From an uncultured Enterobacterales bacterium (GTDB lineage Bacteria > Myxococcota_A > UBA796 > JAFGLY01): a stretch of 64,000 nt of DNA. How positions within the stretch are numbered: position 1 is the first letter of the stretch; every line of letters starts with the position of its first letter. The notes beneath the pieces are model-generated. The model was not told where the DNA came from, made no database searches, and saw only the letters and a list, made by a program, of their open reading frames with translations. The stretch covers positions 84,977 through 148,976 of the forward strand of contig CAYVQL010000001.1 in NCBI GenBank assembly GCA_964454135.1, read 5' to 3'. Below are positions 46,233 to 55,356 of this stretch, piece after piece. A program made the position numbers and the translations under genes.

Positions 46233-49142
46233 GTGCGGGATAGGCTGCTCCTTCACCCTGGATCTTCCGTGCCCTCCTCCCCCTCCCCAGAGCACCCCCG
46301 CACCTGGCCCCAGCTGCTGGCCCTGGCCGCCAGCGTCGCAGCGGCCGTGGGCGTCTACCTGGCGGACGAGCGCCTGTTCCACGGCGGCCACAGCGGCGCG
46401 GTGGACCTGCTGCCCCTGTACCTGGGGGCCAAGGCCCTGCTGGCGGGGTCCATGCCCAACGACGCCGCAGCGCTGCAGGCCATCTACCAGGCGCAGCCCG
46501 CAGCCGATCTCATCGTGCACGGCTTCGAGAACTACTACCCGCCCACGGCTTCGATTCTGTTCACCCCCTTCAGCCTGCTGCCCTTCGATCTGCTGGCCGG
46601 GGGCTTCTATTGGGCGGCTGTTCTGGCCCTGCTGCTCACAGCGGCCCTGGCGGCCAACGCGGGCCCCTCCCGCGGTCCCGTAGCGGCGCTGGCCGCCGCC
46701 ATCGCCGTGGGCGCGGTCTTCCTGCAACTGCGCCTGGCGCGGGTGGTGCTGCCCGCCGGTCAGGTCAGCCCCTTCATCACCTGCGCCACGGCCCTGGCGC
46801 TCTTCGGCCTGGCCCGCGGCCGGCACCGGCTGGGCGCTGGCGCCCTCTTGCTGGGCGCCCTGGTCAAGTATTTCCCGCTGGTCCTGCTGCCAGCCGCCCT
46901 GGCAGGACGCCGCTGGCGCTACGTGGGCGCCGCCGGCGTGGCCGTGCTGGCCTTCCTGGCCTGCCTGGCCTTCTGGTGGGATGCACCAGGGGGTCTGCAC
47001 GGCCAGTGGCTGCTGGGCGCCGGGCGCTTCCTGGCCGCGCCTGAAGGGGGCCTGGTGCCCTGCGATGCACTGGGCGGCTGTCTGCAAGCGCTGCCCATTC
47101 GCCTGCTGCTGCGCGCGCGGCTGCTGGGCTTGGGTGGGGCCACGCTGGCCCTGGTGGCGCTGGCGGGCTGGCAGCGGCAGAGCCGGGAGATCACGGTGGC
47201 CTCGGCGGCCCTGCTGGTGGCCTGGGGCGGCGCGGTGATGGCGGGCGGGGCTCTCTACCACCAGGCCATCCTGGTCCTGCCCGCCCTGGGCTTCGTGCTG
47301 GGCTGGCCCGCCCAGCGCGGCCCCGCCTGGCTGCAGTGGCTGGTGGCCGCGGCCGCTCTGGCCGCGCTGCTGCACTTCGGCGTCTTCTCGCGCTTTCTGC
47401 CCCCGGATACGCCCTACTGGCTGCCTGTGTCCTACGTGGTCTGGGGGCTCTGCCTGGTGCGCCTGGCCTGGGCTTGGCGAGTCGACCATCGGCGCGGCGA
47501 TCCCCTGCTGCCACCGTCGCTGCGGCGGTTGTGGCCGCTGCTGCTGGCCGTCCTGCTGCTGGTGGCGGGCTTGCTGGCCTGGCGCGAGGCGCGCGCGCCG
47601 CTGCCCCTAGGTGTGCTGGTGGCCGTGGAGGGTTGGGAGGAAGGCGCTCTGGATGCCGCGTTGGTCGGCGAGCTGGAGGAGTTGGGCTTCGAGCCGGTGT
47701 TGGCCAGCGACGCCGAGCAGACGCAGCTGCTGGAGGGCGCCTCGCCTGCCGAGGCGGCGCGCAGGCTGCGGGCGGCCTTCACCCTGCACATCCAGCTCGA
47801 GTCCGAGCTCTCCGCGCTGCCCGGCGAGGATGGCTTCGCGGAGCTGCGTTTGCAGGGGCAGCTGCAGCTGCTCCACCTGGGCCAGGCCGAGCCCGTGGCC
47901 GCGCAGGCGCTGCGCATCTGCGAGGGTGCCGCGTCCAGCCAGCAGGCCGTGGCCCAGGCCAGCGAGGCCGCAGCGCGGCTGACCCTCGACACCGCGCTGC
48001 CGGCCCTGCTCACCCACTCCAGCGTCCAGGCCGTCCTCCGTGGTTCCGACGCCGCGCTGCGCGTCGGGCTGGCTCCGGCCGTCGCGCGGCAGCGAGCCCA
48101 CCAGGCCGAGCGCGACGGATTCGCCCAGGACTTCGGCGAGCTGGAGGCCGCGCGCCTCGCCAGCGAGCAGGGATCCCACGATCTTCGCTTCCACAGCGCG
48201 CCCGGCGCCCACGATCGGCTGGTCGCCATGGGAACGCAGGGTCTTCTGGTGGCGAGCGCGGCAGGGGATGGCGCGGCCGAGATCCTGGCCTGGCGCAGGC
48301 TGGATGCGCTCGCCGGCGATGATGACCAGGTCCTCTGGTTCGGCTGGAAGATCGACGGCTACCCCGCGGCTTCGCGGGCCGGGCGCCCCGTGGCGCTGGC
48401 AGAGGATCTCTTCGGAGAGGCCTGCGCGCTCAGCCTGTTGCCCGCAGACGGGCCTGACCGCCGGCTGCGGGTGGCGCGTGAGCGCAGCTTCCGCGAGCCG
48501 CGCCTGTCCCCACACGGCGGCTCCGTCGCCCTGACAGAGCGCGCTTGCCCGCGCTGCCCGCGGGAGCTGGTCGTGCTGGACGCGGCCAGCGCCCAGGAGC
48601 GCTGGCGCCTGGACGCCAGCGCTGCCGATGACATCGGCGACTTCGCCTGGCTGGACGAAGAGCGCCTGCTGGTGGCCTACCGCCCCGAGCAGGGCCAGGG
48701 GGGCCTGTGGAGCTTCGACTCGGCCGGGCAGGGGGAGATCTTGATGCGAGCTGTGGGCGACGGCCGCCTGGCGCAGCCCGCCGCCGGCCCGGATGCCCGT
48801 ACAGTGGTGGCGGTGCACAAGGGAGCCCATGTCATCTTGAGCCTGGACCTGGACAGCCGCGCGCTGCGCAGCCACGAGGTGGGTGGCCGCGCCAGCGCGC
48901 CGAGCTTCTCGCCCGACGGCCAGCGCATCGTCTTCGAGCTGGTGGGGCGGCGCAGCCCCCACCCCGACATCGCCCAGCTCGATCTGGTCAGCTCCCAGCT
49001 GTCGGCCGTCACCCGCAACCTCGCGCCCGACCGGCGCCCGCTCTGCTCCCCGGACGGCCAGCGCATCTTCTTCGAGGCGCACGACCGGGATCCCGCCTCC
49101 GGGCGCGCCATCGCGCGCATCGCCTCCGTGCGCGCTCCCTGA
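46233..49142 (+). CDS. Polytopic membrane protein of the DUF2029/GT87-like glycosyltransferase type fused to a C-terminal TolB-like (PD40) beta-propeller. The exact start is uncertain.
   Basis: About 12 TM helices with LVKYFPLVLLP. The C-terminal region carries FSPDGQRIVF and SPDGQRIFF PD40 motifs. A GTG start 23 nt from the divergent gene start means the true start may lie downstream. Confidence 0.65.
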   Translation: MRDRLLLHPGSSVPSSPSPEHPRTWPQLLALAASVAAAVGVYLADERLFHGGHSGAVDLLPLYLGAKALLAGSMPNDAAALQAIYQAQPAADLIVHGFENYYPPTASILFTPFSLLPFDLLAGGFYWAAVLALLLTAALAANAGPSRGPVAALAAAIAVGAVFLQLRLARVVLPAGQVSPFITCATALALFGLARGRHRLGAGALLLGALVKYFPLVLLPAALAGRRWRYVGAAGVAVLAFLACLAFWWDAPGGLHGQWLLGAGRFLAAPEGGLVPCDALGGCLQALPIRLLLRARLLGLGGATLALVALAGWQRQSREITVASAALLVAWGGAVMAGGALYHQAILVLPALGFVLGWPAQRGPAWLQWLVAAAALAALLHFGVFSRFLPPDTPYWLPVSYVVWGLCLVRLAWAWRVDHRRGDPLLPPSLRRLWPLLLAVLLLVAGLLAWREARAPLPLGVLVAVEGWEEGALDAALVGELEELGFEPVLASDAEQTQLLEGASPAEAARRLRAAFTLHIQLESELSALPGEDGFAELRLQGQLQLLHLGQAEPVAAQALRICEGAASSQQAVAQASEAAARLTLDTALPALLTHSSVQAVLRGSDAALRVGLAPAVARQRAHQAERDGFAQDFGELEAARLASEQGSHDLRFHSAPGAHDRLVAMGTQGLLVASAAGDGAAEILAWRRLDALAGDDDQVLWFGWKIDGYPAASRAGRPVALAEDLFGEACALSLLPADGPDRRLRVARERSFREPRLSPHGGSVALTERACPRCPRELVVLDAASAQERWRLDASAADDIGDFAWLDEERLLVAYRPEQGQGGLWSFDSAGQGEILMRAVGDGRLAQPAAGPDARTVVAVHKGAHVILSLDLDSRALRSHEVGGRASAPSFSPDGQRIVFELVGRRSPHPDIAQLDLVSSQLSAVTRNLAPDRRPLCSPDGQRIFFEAHDRDPASGRAIARIASVRAP

Positions 49143-49181
49143 GGGTGTAGACTGGGGCCCGCCCGCTGAGAGGAGAGAGGC

Positions 49182-50693
49182 ATGAGAACCAGCGCCCTGC
49201 TCGTGTTCGTCGGCGCCGCCTGCGCCAGCTGCGACAACCTGGCCGAGGCGCCGGTGGCCGGCAGCCTGCTCGATGACCTGGGAATGCTGCCGCCTGCCAG
49301 CTCGACCTCCAGCGCCGAGCTGAGCGCACCGCCCGCGCGCCAGGGCAACCGCGTGCGCCTGCTCTACAACGGCGAGGCGGCTTTCGAGGCGCGCATGCAG
49401 CTGCTGGAGGAGGCGCAGCGCTCCATCTACGTCCAGGCGCTGATCTTCAAGGCCGACCAGACCGGCCGCGCCCTGGGGGACGCGCTGATCGCCCGCAAGC
49501 GCGCCACGCCGGAGCTGGACATTCGGGTGATCGTGGACGCCTACTCCAACGTGCAGGACGCCAAGGCCCAGCTGATGTACTTCGAGCTGAAGAACGCCGG
49601 CATCGAGGTGGAGGGCTTCGAGACGCTCTACCTGCACTGGTTGAACGAGATCAACCTGGCGGACTGGCTGGCGGGCAACAAGCGCTACCACGAGAAGTAC
49701 TTCGTGACGGATGGCAGCCGCGCCGTGGTGGGCGGCATGAACATCGGCGACGAGTACGCCCGCTGCTCGGCCGATCCCATCATGCGCTGGCGGGACCAGG
49801 ACGTGTACCTGGAGGGGGCCGTCGCCAGGGACGTGGAGCTGGCCTTTCTGGACAACTACGCCCAGTTCAAGGGCGTCAAGGACGCCAAGCCGACCCTCTT
49901 CAACACCGACGCCTACTGGAAGCTCTGGCTGGAGCTGAACCCGGGCATGGACGAGCTGTTGCAGCAGTCCCTGGACGCGGGCCGAGCCGTCAAGGAGCGG
50001 CTGCCCTGGTCCGAGCACGCGGTCTGCGTTGGCCAGCCCCTGCCGAGCGAGGTCCACGAGGACGTGGCCGTGCGCTTCATCCGCAATCGGCCCCGGCTGG
50101 GTGAGAGACACATCCCCCAGCTCTACCTGGACTTGATCGGTGCGGCCCAGCGGAGCGTGCTGGTCGAGAACGCCTACTTCGTGCCCAATCCGGACCTGCG
50201 CGCCGCTCTGATCGCCGCGGCCCAGCGTGGCGCGGCCGTCCAGGTGGTGACCAATAGCGCCGAAACCAACGACATCCCCATGATTACCCAGGCCGGCCGG
50301 GCGCACTACCTGGAGCTGCTCGACGGGGGCGTGCAGGTCTTCGAGTGGCACGGGGAGCGCCACGGCGAGGGCACGCTGCACGCCAAGCTGGCCGTCTTCG
50401 ATGAGCGCGTCGCCATAGTGGGTTCCTACAACCTGGACCCGCGCAGCGAGGGCCTCAACTCCGAGGACGTGGTGGTGATCACCGATCCGGCCGTGGCCAG
50501 CGAGCTGGCCCGCTTCGGGCGCGACAAGGATCTGCCCATGGCCGAGGCCATCAGCCGCATCGACGCGCTGCGCTGGGCCGACCCCATGAGCCTGCCCCAG
50601 CCGCCCGAAAAGCTGCCGCTGTGGTCCGATCCGCGCTTCGACCGCAAGGCCTTCGAGTTCATGCTGTTGCGGCAGATCGAGGGCAGCTTGTAG
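49182..50693 (+). CDS. Phospholipase D-family lipoprotein (two HKD motifs; cardiolipin-synthase-like).
   Basis: Lipobox GAACASC. HKD motifs YHEKYFVTDG and LHAKLAVFDERVAIVGSYNLDPRS. RBS AGGAGAGAGG. Confidence 0.85.
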   Translation: MRTSALLVFVGAACASCDNLAEAPVAGSLLDDLGMLPPASSTSSAELSAPPARQGNRVRLLYNGEAAFEARMQLLEEAQRSIYVQALIFKADQTGRALGDALIARKRATPELDIRVIVDAYSNVQDAKAQLMYFELKNAGIEVEGFETLYLHWLNEINLADWLAGNKRYHEKYFVTDGSRAVVGGMNIGDEYARCSADPIMRWRDQDVYLEGAVARDVELAFLDNYAQFKGVKDAKPTLFNTDAYWKLWLELNPGMDELLQQSLDAGRAVKERLPWSEHAVCVGQPLPSEVHEDVAVRFIRNRPRLGERHIPQLYLDLIGAAQRSVLVENAYFVPNPDLRAALIAAAQRGAAVQVVTNSAETNDIPMITQAGRAHYLELLDGGVQVFEWHGERHGEGTLHAKLAVFDERVAIVGSYNLDPRSEGLNSEDVVVITDPAVASELARFGRDKDLPMAEAISRIDALRWADPMSLPQPPEKLPLWSDPRFDRKAFEFMLLRQIEGSL

Positions 50694-50761
50694 GCGCAGG
50701 TATCGCTCGATGTGCAGCGGCTGCGGAGGAGAGCGGGAAGGCCGCCCGCGAGGGTGAACGC

Positions 50762-53374
50762 TCAGTGCTCCCCGAGGGCAACGAGGGGAGCCAGAGGCGC
50801 CGGTTCGTGCCGGAGTGGCTGCAGGCGGAGCTCCAGCGGCACAGGCAGCGTGGCGAGGTGCAGCTCGGGCGGACCGGGGAGGCCGGGCCTCAAGGGTGCT
50901 TCACCGTGCCCCGACTCCGGCTCTTCTAGGGTCAGGTACAGACTGAACTCATCCCCGCAGGTGGCGTAGTCGAAGCTGGGGCAGAACTCCACCTTCGAGC
51001 TGAATTCCTCCCCATCGTAGCCGTCGGGTGGCGTCTCGCAGTCCCCGCCTTGCATCACGAGGTCCACGGCGTTGTCCGCATAGCTGTTGCCTGAGAGTAG
51101 GGCCGAGGCCTTGTCCAGGAACAGGCCCGCGCCCAGACCGTCCAAGAGCTCGTTGTTCTCCAGCAAGAGGCCCGAGCTTCCGTCCCAGGCCGTCACGCCT
51201 TCCCCGGCGTAGACCGCGTCGCCGCACTTGGTCAGGCTCTGCCGGGTCCAGCCCTCTCCGCCTTGGATGGTGTTGTCGGTGAGTGAGTAGTTGCCTTCAC
51301 CGGAGAGCCAGACGCCGGCGATGGGATTGTCTTTGATCACGGTGTCGGTGACCGACAGGGATGGAGGGCCTCCCAACCAGGGCTCGGCGTAGATACCGAC
51401 GCCGCCACCGAGGTTCTCCTGCTCGGTGGTGCCTTCGATGTGGCACTCGGCGAGCTGGAGGACCGAATCGACCACCAGGACCGCTCCTGCGAACTGGTTG
51501 CTCTTGATCTCGCAACCCGAGCAGGTGAACTGGGTGCCTTCTCTCGTGACGTATATCCCGGGTCCGTCGTTCAAGGAGGCCTCGACGCCCGTCGCCACCA
51601 CAGATGCCCCGGACTCGGCGAATATGCCGGTGCCGACGGTGAAGAGCTCTCCGCGCTTCGTGGAGACGACCCTCGTATCCTGGAGGGTGACCGTGGTGTA
51701 TGAGCCGAATGCGATCACGCCCGAGGTGGTGTTCCCGATGACCTCGCAGGCCTCCGCTTCGAGGTTCGCGCCGAGGTAGACATCGATACCGTAGCCATGC
51801 TGCCCCTTCTCGTCTGGCTGAGTGTCCTCGATGGTGGTCTCTCTCAGAGTGACCGAGGTGCCGAGGTCATCTGCGACCACGCCCGCAGCGGTGTTCCTGG
51901 TGACCTCGCAGGCCTCCGCGTCCAAGCTCGCGCCGTTGTGGACGTAGATGCCGAGACCGAGCGAGCTTGTCTCGTCTGGCAGGGTGTCCTCGATGACAGT
52001 CTCTCTCAGGGTGACCGAGGTAGTGGAGTCGGATGCGGCCACTCCGGTAGTGGCGTTCCCTCTGACCTCGCAGCCTTCCGCGTCCAGGCTGGCACCATCG
52101 TAGACATAGATGCCGAGACCGAGCGAGCCGGTATCGTTGGGTCGGGTGTCCTCGATGGCGGTCCGCAAAAGGGTGATCGAGGTGCCGGAGTCGTACGCGA
52201 GCACACCCGCAGCGGTGTTCCCCTTCACCTCGCAGGCCTCCGCGTGCAGACACGCTCCCTCCTTGACTCGGATGCCATATCCGCCATCCTGGTTTCCATC
52301 GGGCTGGGTGTCCTCGATGGTGGTCTCCCTCAGGGTGACCGCGGTGCCGGAGTCGTACGCGAGCACACCCGCAGAGGTGTTCCCCCTCAGCTGGCAGGCC
52401 TCCGCGTCCAGGCTCGCGCCCTCCGTGGCCGTGATGCCGTATCCGTACGTTCCATCATCGTCGGGCTTGGTATCCACGATGGCGGTCCGCCGGAGGGTGA
52501 CCGAGGTGTCGGAGCCGACCGCGATCACGCCCCCTGCGGTGTTCCCCGTCAGCTCGCAGGCCTCCGCGTCCAGGCTCGCGCCATTGGTGATCTGGACTCC
52601 GTTCCCGTAGCCGCCTTTTTCGTCAGGCCGAGTGTCCTCGATGGTGGTCTGACGGAGGGTGATCGATGCGCCGGAGCCCTGTACGGCTGCACCCGCCGTG
52701 GTGTTCCCCTTCAGCTCGCAGCCCTCCATCGTGAGCGCGGCCGCATGGATCCCTGCCTGGTAGGCCCAGACACCGACGAACTCGTTCTCTACAACCTTCG
52801 AATCACGAAATGCCACGTTCCCCGATTCGACCAGCACCCCGATGTACGACGACCCGGTCACTGTCACGCCAGAGACCTCCACCTCCGAAGTGACGATGTT
52901 CGCAGCGATCCCCGGCGTGCTCTCGTTCCCTGAGCTGGCGTCGATGACGACCAGCTCGCTGCAGCGTCCAGCCAGGTGCACGCCGCCATGACCACGGCCC
53001 AGCTCCAGCGTCTCCGGGTAGGCCCCCGCCGCCACCGCCACCAGTCCGCCGTCCGCGTCACCCGCCACATCCAGTCCCGCCTGGATGGAGGTGAAGGGCG
53101 CGGACTCGCTGCCATCGCCACCTGCCGCAGCGGCGATGTCCACGTAGATCGTGCTCTCGTCCAGCTCCAGGTTCCCCCATGTGCCGGTTCCGCAGGCGGC
53201 GGGAACGCACACGCCGTCGTCGTCGAGGTGGCCGGTGTCGCAGCCGGGATCGCTGTCGGGCGCGGGGCCGGTGTCTTGGGTGGTGCCGCTGTCCTCCGTC
53301 GAGGGCCTCCCGCGCTTGTCCTTGTCACAGGCGAGGAGGTGGAGCGGGACGATGAGGGCGAGGGCGTGGCGCAA
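50762..53374 (-). CDS. Right-handed parallel beta-helix repeat lipoprotein.
   Basis: Seven or more tandem 53-54-aa units (GASLDAEACEVxGNTxAGVxAxDSGTSVTLRETTIEDTxPD...). Putative TTG start gives the lipoprotein signal (M)RHALALIVPLHLLAC. Confidence 0.7.
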   Translation of the reverse strand: MRHALALIVPLHLLACDKDKRGRPSTEDSGTTQDTGPAPDSDPGCDTGHLDDDGVCVPAACGTGTWGNLELDESTIYVDIAAAAGGDGSESAPFTSIQAGLDVAGDADGGLVAVAAGAYPETLELGRGHGGVHLAGRCSELVVIDASSGNESTPGIAANIVTSEVEVSGVTVTGSSYIGVLVESGNVAFRDSKVVENEFVGVWAYQAGIHAAALTMEGCELKGNTTAGAAVQGSGASITLRQTTIEDTRPDEKGGYGNGVQITNGASLDAEACELTGNTAGGVIAVGSDTSVTLRRTAIVDTKPDDDGTYGYGITATEGASLDAEACQLRGNTSAGVLAYDSGTAVTLRETTIEDTQPDGNQDGGYGIRVKEGACLHAEACEVKGNTAAGVLAYDSGTSITLLRTAIEDTRPNDTGSLGLGIYVYDGASLDAEGCEVRGNATTGVAASDSTTSVTLRETVIEDTLPDETSSLGLGIYVHNGASLDAEACEVTRNTAAGVVADDLGTSVTLRETTIEDTQPDEKGQHGYGIDVYLGANLEAEACEVIGNTTSGVIAFGSYTTVTLQDTRVVSTKRGELFTVGTGIFAESGASVVATGVEASLNDGPGIYVTREGTQFTCSGCEIKSNQFAGAVLVVDSVLQLAECHIEGTTEQENLGGGVGIYAEPWLGGPPSLSVTDTVIKDNPIAGVWLSGEGNYSLTDNTIQGGEGWTRQSLTKCGDAVYAGEGVTAWDGSSGLLLENNELLDGLGAGLFLDKASALLSGNSYADNAVDLVMQGGDCETPPDGYDGEEFSSKVEFCPSFDYATCGDEFSLYLTLEEPESGHGEAPLRPGLPGPPELHLATLPVPLELRLQPLRHEPAPLAPLVALGEH
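51300..52700. repeat. Roughly 160-bp tandem DNA repeats (seven or more units) inside the beta-helix gene.
   Basis: Recurring CGCAGCGGTGTTCC...CTCGCAGGCCTCCGCGTCCAGGCTCGCGCC blocks at about 51886, 52046, 52206, 52366 and 52526. Confidence 0.8.
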
Positions 53375-53610
53375 GTTCCTGGCCTGGACGACGAGCGAAC
53401 GAAGGAGAAGGTCGAAGTATGGCAGGCCCGAGAGGCGGAGTCGAGGTGCGCGGAGTGCCCTGAGAGTGCTGTGACCTGGAGGCCTCGGCGGCTGCCGCCT
53501 GTGGTCCGAGACGCGCTTCGACCGCAAGACCCTTGAGTTCATGCTGCTGTTGCGGACCGATGGCAACCAATAAGCCCCTGGCATCCCGGGGGATGCCAGG
53601 GGCCATCCGC

Positions 53611-54699
53611 TCAACCTTCACCCAGCGAGATCTTCCCCAGCAGCTCAGCCGGGCTGGCCACCAGGGTGATCTGACCGACGTTCTCGGCCATCTCCTTCAT
53701 GGCCTCCAGCTCCTTGAGGCGCATCAGGACCGGGCTGGACTGCAGCATGCGGGCCGTGTTCGCCAGGGAGCGCGTGGCCGCGGTCTCTTCGCGGCGGGCG
53801 ATCACGTTGGCGGCGGCGCGCTTCTCAGCCTCGATCACCTGGTTCAGGATGAGCTTCATCTCGCCGGGCAGCACCACGTCCTTCAGGTCCAGGGCCAGCA
53901 CCTCCACGCCCCAGCCCTGGGCGCGCTGGGCCAGCTCCTGGCTCATGGCGCCGGCCGCCTCCACGCGGCGCTCCAGCAGCTCGTCGACCTTGGCGCCGGC
54001 CACGGTGCGGCGGGCGATCAGCTGGGCCTCGGAGTACAGGGCGTCGCGCAGGTCGGCCACCGCGTGGGTGCTGGCCACGGGATCGGTGACGCGGAACTTG
54101 ACGATCAGGTTGACGCGCAGGCTGACCTTGTCGCCGGTCATCACCTCCTGGCCGGTGATCTGCAGCTCCTGCTCGCGCAGGTCCGCCAGCTCGAAGCGCA
54201 GCTGGCGGTCCAGGGCGTTCAGGGCGTGGACGCCCTCTTCCAGCTGGTCGGCCAGCTGGCCGTCCACGTAGACCAGGCAGCGCTCGTGGGGCTTGACGCG
54301 CAGCACCTGCAGGTGGGAGCGCGGCACCAGGGGCTGGAAGGCCGCCGGGATCTCGGAGCGCAGGGCGCCGGTGTCGTGCAGCTGAACCTGCACCTGACGG
54401 CGCAGCTGCCAGATCAGGTAGCGACCCGGCAGCAGGCAGTGGGCCGGCAGGCCGTCGCAGCGCAGCAGGGCCAGCTGCTCGGCGGTCACGTCCAGCAGCT
54501 CGGCGGCGCCTTCCGGCAGGATGGCCTGCAGCTCAGGGGTCCAGGGCGCGTAGCCCAGGTCCAGGTCGAAGTGCTCCACCTGGACGCGAGGGCCGGCGAA
54601 CCACAGGCGGTGCAGGCCGGGCTCGAGCCAGCGGATCAGCTGGCCGTTCTTCTTGACGACTGCGCGCTGGTGCGGGGCGACGATGACTTCGCGGTACAT
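53611..54699 (-). CDS. SPFH/band-7 (stomatin/prohibitin-like) domain protein with a roughly 140-aa N-terminal extension and no obvious TM helix.
   Basis: SPFH core LRVNLIVKFRV...ALDLKDVVLPGEMKLILNQVIEAEKRAAANVIARREETAATR. AGGAG RBS ahead of the ATG at 54699. The upstream part of the 946-aa ORF is rejected. Confidence 0.8.
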   Translation of the reverse strand: MYREVIVAPHQRAVVKKNGQLIRWLEPGLHRLWFAGPRVQVEHFDLDLGYAPWTPELQAILPEGAAELLDVTAEQLALLRCDGLPAHCLLPGRYLIWQLRRQVQVQLHDTGALRSEIPAAFQPLVPRSHLQVLRVKPHERCLVYVDGQLADQLEEGVHALNALDRQLRFELADLREQELQITGQEVMTGDKVSLRVNLIVKFRVTDPVASTHAVADLRDALYSEAQLIARRTVAGAKVDELLERRVEAAGAMSQELAQRAQGWGVEVLALDLKDVVLPGEMKLILNQVIEAEKRAAANVIARREETAATRSLANTARMLQSSPVLMRLKELEAMKEMAENVGQITLVASPAELLGKISLGEG

Positions 54700-55168
54700 G
54701 GGGAGCTCCTGATGAAGATGGGCCCGGGGGCCGAGGTCCGAAGGAGGCGCGCTGCGGGCCGGAGCCTGCTGCGCTGCCCTCCGGGTCGGCGGGGCGGGGC
54801 GGCCGGCGTGGAGGCCCGGTCCGAGGACGGGGACCCCGGCGGGCGCGGGGCCGTGCGGCGATGGGCATCGCCGCGGTGGCCTGCTCCGCCGCGGGCCGGC
54901 TGCTGTCACAGATCCGGGCCCGTCGGGCGTCTGTTGGGGTTTCCTTAGGGGGGAAGGTTCGGGTTTCAGCCGAATGAGCATCCACGCTCTCTCCAAAAGA
55001 GATCCAGGAGTCGAACCTGGGATTGTGCATGGGCCGAGACGCGGGACCCTTCCTTCGACGAGCCGAGCTTTGGCGAAGCAGCCGGTACCCGGTGACCCGA
55101 CCGGAGCTCCGACGCTGGCGCGGGAGTCCCTGGGGTCGCGTTCGAAAGAGCCGCTGGGTGACCATGCG
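54700..55168 (-). ncRNA. Candidate structured leader or ncRNA transcribed from the sigma-54 promoter, containing a tRNA T-arm-like element (possible Y-RNA/YrlA-like module).
   Basis: Minus-strand sequence tCCCAGGTTCGACTCCTGGatctctt (plus coordinates 55005..55021) matches the tRNA T-stem-loop consensus GGTTCGANTCC within a 5-bp stem. There is no convincing coding frame between the promoter and the SPFH start. Confidence 0.2.
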
Positions 55169-55180
55169 CCCCCCGTAGAA

Positions 55181-55196
55181 GCAAGCCGCGTGCCAG
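55181..55196 (-). promoter_or_regulatory. Sigma-54 (RpoN) -24/-12 promoter TGGCACGcggcTTGCT, oriented toward the SPFH gene and divergent from rtcR.
   Basis: Reverse complement of 55181..55196 reads TGGCACGCGGCTTGCT. GG and GC are separated by exactly 10 nt, as in the TGGCACG-N4-TTGCW consensus. Confidence 0.6.
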
Positions 55197-55324
55197 GGGC
55201 GCGAATAGACGGGAATTCTGTGGTGGAACCGCCGAAAGAGTTGGGAGAAGGTGCTGAAGGCTCGTTCTGTGAAGCTGGCGGGGCTTCCGCTCTCCCTGCC
55301 TCTTTCGCTTCCTGGTGATATATC

Positions 55325-55342
55325 TGTATCGTAAACGATACA
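55325..55342. promoter_or_regulatory. 18-bp AT-rich palindrome TGTATCGtaaaCGATACA immediately upstream of the rtcR start; candidate operator or activator-binding site.
   Basis: Perfect 7-bp arms with a 4-bp spacer. It sits in an unusually AT-rich 40-bp patch (GATATATC also present) 15 nt before the rtcR ATG. Confidence 0.35.
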
Positions 55343-55356
55343 TCTGGATAGTGTCC

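Noticed and set aside
54961-55025. Possible tRNA gene on the minus strand (T-arm GGTTCGACTCC).
   Set aside because: No D-arm or anticodon arm can be formed and no acceptor 5' strand complements ATCTCTT. So it is not a complete tRNA. It is kept as a tRNA-like or Y-RNA-like element in the findings.
54533-55165. ORF starting with ATG at 55165 directly downstream of the sigma-54 promoter (210 aa).
   Set aside because: Extremely Arg/Pro-rich translation (for example PRARRGPRPRTGPPRRPPRP) that overlaps the SPFH start by 166 nt. Treated as non-coding leader, but the ATG right at the predicted TSS is noted.
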